Shown here: in pieces, positions 61,043-64,000 of the stretch
How the letters are laid out: the number at the start of each line of letters is the position of its first letter
Position numbering within the stretch: the first letter of the stretch is position 1
Assembly: GCA_030704615.1 (NCBI GenBank)
Contig: CM060733.1
Location: 57,164,001-57,228,000, forward strand
DNA: 64,000 nt
Source of the DNA: Takakia lepidozioides
Taxonomy: Eukaryota > Plantae > Bryophyta
Direction of reading: 5' to 3'
Made by a program: the position numbers and the translations under genes
The notes under the pieces: model-generated
Told to the model about the DNA's origin: nothing
Database searches by the model: none
The model's input: the letters and a program-made list of their open reading frames with translations, nothing else

Positions 61043-61920
61043 CCTGCCAAAAGCGGAGTCTATGGTCTTTAGACGCTGTGACAAGCTGCAACTGCTTGGC
61101 ACTTGATCCTGATACCAGAAATGACACGATCAGAAATCAACCGCGTTCCAGAATGTGCAAGTATAGATAGTAGGAACCCTACAACAATTAGTCTGACCTA
61201 AAAGGACCAAACCATGCGTTTGCAAAATCAGATGAGAAAAGGAAAATGCGTCGCACCTGGAGCAGGTATGGGGGCAAGTGACGTTATAACATCAGTGTGA
61301 CCTTGCAAGAGAACTACACATTCTCCTGCAGCATTCCATAACCTGAACAATTGATGTAAATTGATCAACTCTCTGAATTCGCACTGAATTACATTGAAAT
61401 TTGGACACACTACGATTGGAAGAACACAACTTTCTGGCACACAAGGGAACGAAAGCCATGAAAACTAGCTTTGCAATTCGACAGCCAGCAAATCCGAAAC
61501 TGCAAACATCTAAGAACCTGGAATTCCATTCAAATGAGCTGCTGAATTTACCTCCCGTGATTGTCGTATGAGCCAGTTATGATATACTTGGAATTGAAGC
61601 CACTTACAGCGCTGACCCACTCGTCATGCGCGCGAGGTTATTGGGGTTCCGTTGGCAGTACGACAGGAATATATTCAATCGTCAAGATCGTTTCCTGCAA
61701 AGGGGTACGGGCAAGTAGTATATCTCAGAAGAAATACGCATCAATCCCATGTTACACACAATTTCTGGAAGGTTCAACCCCCGGCTAAACAAGAATGCAA
61801 CCTAGGGCATTGAGACCAGAGTAAAGAGATCTGATTCCTTTGATGAGAGGGAATTGTTCGACGGATGTCCTCAGAAGCTCCCCATCAACCGAAAAATCAA
61901 ACGGCTGCGGCTTCTCTGCA
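61043..61920 (-). pseudogene. WDR12: Partial WDR12/Ytm1 (NLE + WD40) pseudogene
   Basis: Exons PFDFSVDGELLRTSVEQF..KGI; ETILTIEY..*..HDEWVSAV..IITGSYD; LWN..LQGHTDVITS; VTASKDHRLRFWQ. In-frame stop, both ends missing. Confidence 0.8.
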
Positions 61921-63058
61921 ATCCACAAAAAAAATAACCCGAATGCACACTGACCTTCATGCAGATTTACGGCTGCCAATATGAACCTCTAGGGTTTAGG
62001 GTTTAAGAAATCCGGCACATACCCGGATGGACAACCAACAACTCCACAACACTGTAGCAAGTTCCTCGGATGAGAGACGATGGAAAACAACGGAACGACT
62101 AAACTATTCTGCTTCACAGTGTCAGCTCAAACATGAGTGTTGGCACCCAGCTGGGTTAATTACGTCAACTCCCTCGCAGTCGTGTGTGCGTGAGGTCAGT
62201 GTTGTGCCAGCTCTTGCTCCGATGAGCTTCACGAATGCAAGGTTATGGGCGGACTTTGGTACCATCTGTGCCACTTCCTGGTAGCAACAAAGTCAGCTAT
62301 GGAGTTTAGTTCCACCACACCCCGCCTGTCTCCAGCACACGCAGGTACGACTCGCGGTTCGATGTCCACCATGATCGCTAAGCAAGCAGATCATCCGGGT
62401 GTGAGTAAGCGGTGGCGCCCTTGTACTGGCCGTCCCACCTCCGAGTCAACGTGATTGGGATAGAAGATAGAAGCTTGAGCGCTTTCCACACAAGACATGC
62501 CAGCCGAAGGCTCTACAGTGCAGTAGTGATCCCTCTGTCAGAGGAAGAAGATCTCTGCATGGTAAGCTATGCCTAGATTGTTGACCAGCACTCTCGGTTG
62601 GCTCATCTCACTGCGACCTCGACACTCTGTATATAAATCAGTCAAAGCTTGAATGCTTACAATGCACAAGCGACTCGACCATACTCTTGCAATTGATCAA
62701 CACGTAGCACGCAGGCTTCCATGCTCTGCGGTAAATTCTTGTACCCAATGTGGCCCTTGCCAAAGACTGTTGAATCTCTTCTTTCATTACTTAAGGGTTG
62801 ATTACTTGAGCTCGTTACCACATTACTGCTCACTCTGTGCCCAACATTTGAGCCAATCTCTACATACAGGAAACTTTTGATCATAGCTCTGCTTCCAGGC
62901 TGCCCCTCCAGTGGCATCATCTTCCTCGGAGGTGATCAATCACAGTTCTGAAGTGGGTAGTGTCAAGCGGGTATGCTGAAACCTCGAACGTTATGCCCTT
63001 CAAATTGATTGATGCATTGACTCACTGGAGGTAAATTGTGGTGTTCTGTGTAGCAGGC

Positions 63059-63916
63059 ATGAAGATGCTACTGGCAATGGGAGGAGTGAAGCTCTTGAGT
63101 CTTCTTCTGGTGACTGTATTACTCGGGCATTTCACATCAGTCAGTGCAATTTGCGCCACAAGTGACAGGGACGCTCTCTTGCAATTCAAATCAGGTACCA
63201 ACAAAGACGTACTCTCCTCACACATACAGGATCAACCCATTTTGAATACGAATTTGTGAAGGAGCAGTCACTCATATAAATCTGCATATGAAATCATTCC
63301 TGACCATGATCTCGTCTGTGAATTCACCCACTGTGCAGAATTGGATGACCCCTATGGCGTGTTGTCCGACTGGAACACGAACCCTGACTGCTGCACATGG
63401 CTGCAATCCCGGCAATACAGAGTAACCACATGCAACAGCGCGGGGCGCGTCACGTCCCTGACGATGGGCAATGCGCTCGAGTATAAACCGGGGCCGGTGT
63501 ACACCAAAACGACCGGGGGAGTGTACGCCGGCTCTCTCGGCAACCTCACGTACCTCCACAAGCTGGACCTGCAGACAATCTACTCCTCGGACGCCCTCCT
63601 CTCCCCCACCTGGGCCGCCTTGACGCGCTTGAGCAACCTCACCCTCGATGTGAAAGTGGCAGGCCCTTTGCCGCCCCAGTTGGTGAAGGCGTGGCCGCTC
63701 AAGTACCTGGTGCTCACCAACAACGACCTCAACGGCACTCTGCCTGTGGAGCTCTGCAAGAGCTCGCTCAAAACCCTCAAGGTGAGCGGCAACAACTTCT
63801 CGGGCAAAATCCCCAGCTGCTTGAGCCGCTTCCCGGCTTCCTCCTTCAACGACTCCACCACTGGCCCCTCCGGCAACGCAGGGCTGTGCGGCGCTCCCCT
63901 TCCCCCCTGCCCTTAA
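63059..63916 (+). CDS. Secreted leucine-rich repeat protein (LRRNT_2 + short LRR array, PGIP-like), 237 aa
   Basis: Exon 63059-63194 (signal peptide, CATSDRDALLQFK). Phase-1 intron. Exon 63339-63916 (LSDW..DCCTW, LTNNDLNGTLP, VSGNNFSGKIP, GNAGLCGAPLPPC). No TM or kinase domain. Confidence 0.92.
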
Positions 63917-64000
63917 CTTAACTATGCCTTGTGGAACTCCATCTCCTGCAGCTTAAGTAGGGTTTGCAGCAACCTAACTTTTTTGGAGAGAAGCCTGTCT

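Noticed and set aside
62027-62920. Short ORFs between WDR12 and the LRR gene
   Set aside because: No recognisable motif or consistent exon structure.

Overview
Eukaryotic nuclear DNA from a non-seed land plant. It looks bryophyte-like, inferred from an intron-poor PLS-type PPR/DYW gene, CCD1, WAT1/UMAMIT and LRR genes with GT-AG introns. The first ~45 kb is a nest of mobile DNA. (i) Two near-identical copies (1-3503 and 25561-29078) plus a divergent paralog (17918-18912) of a spliced gene that reconstructs as a ParB-like domain joined to a beta-class N6A/N4C DNA methyltransferase-like domain. (ii) A GCM-like/MULE-like transposase pseudogene that faces away from the paralog across phased arrays of ~30-bp palindromes. 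(iii) A hAT (DUF659) remnant. (iv) A Ty3/Gypsy element carrying a C5-cytosine methyltransferase domain between protease and RT, and a PHD finger after integrase. It is split by a 6.65-kb CACTA element containing PPR fragments and a LINE. The right part holds a candidate multi-motif secreted peptide precursor, CCD1 and WDR12 pseudogenes, and apparently intact WAT1-related and secreted LRR genes. There is an assembly gap at 12605-13104. All calls come from reading motifs by eye; no searches were run.
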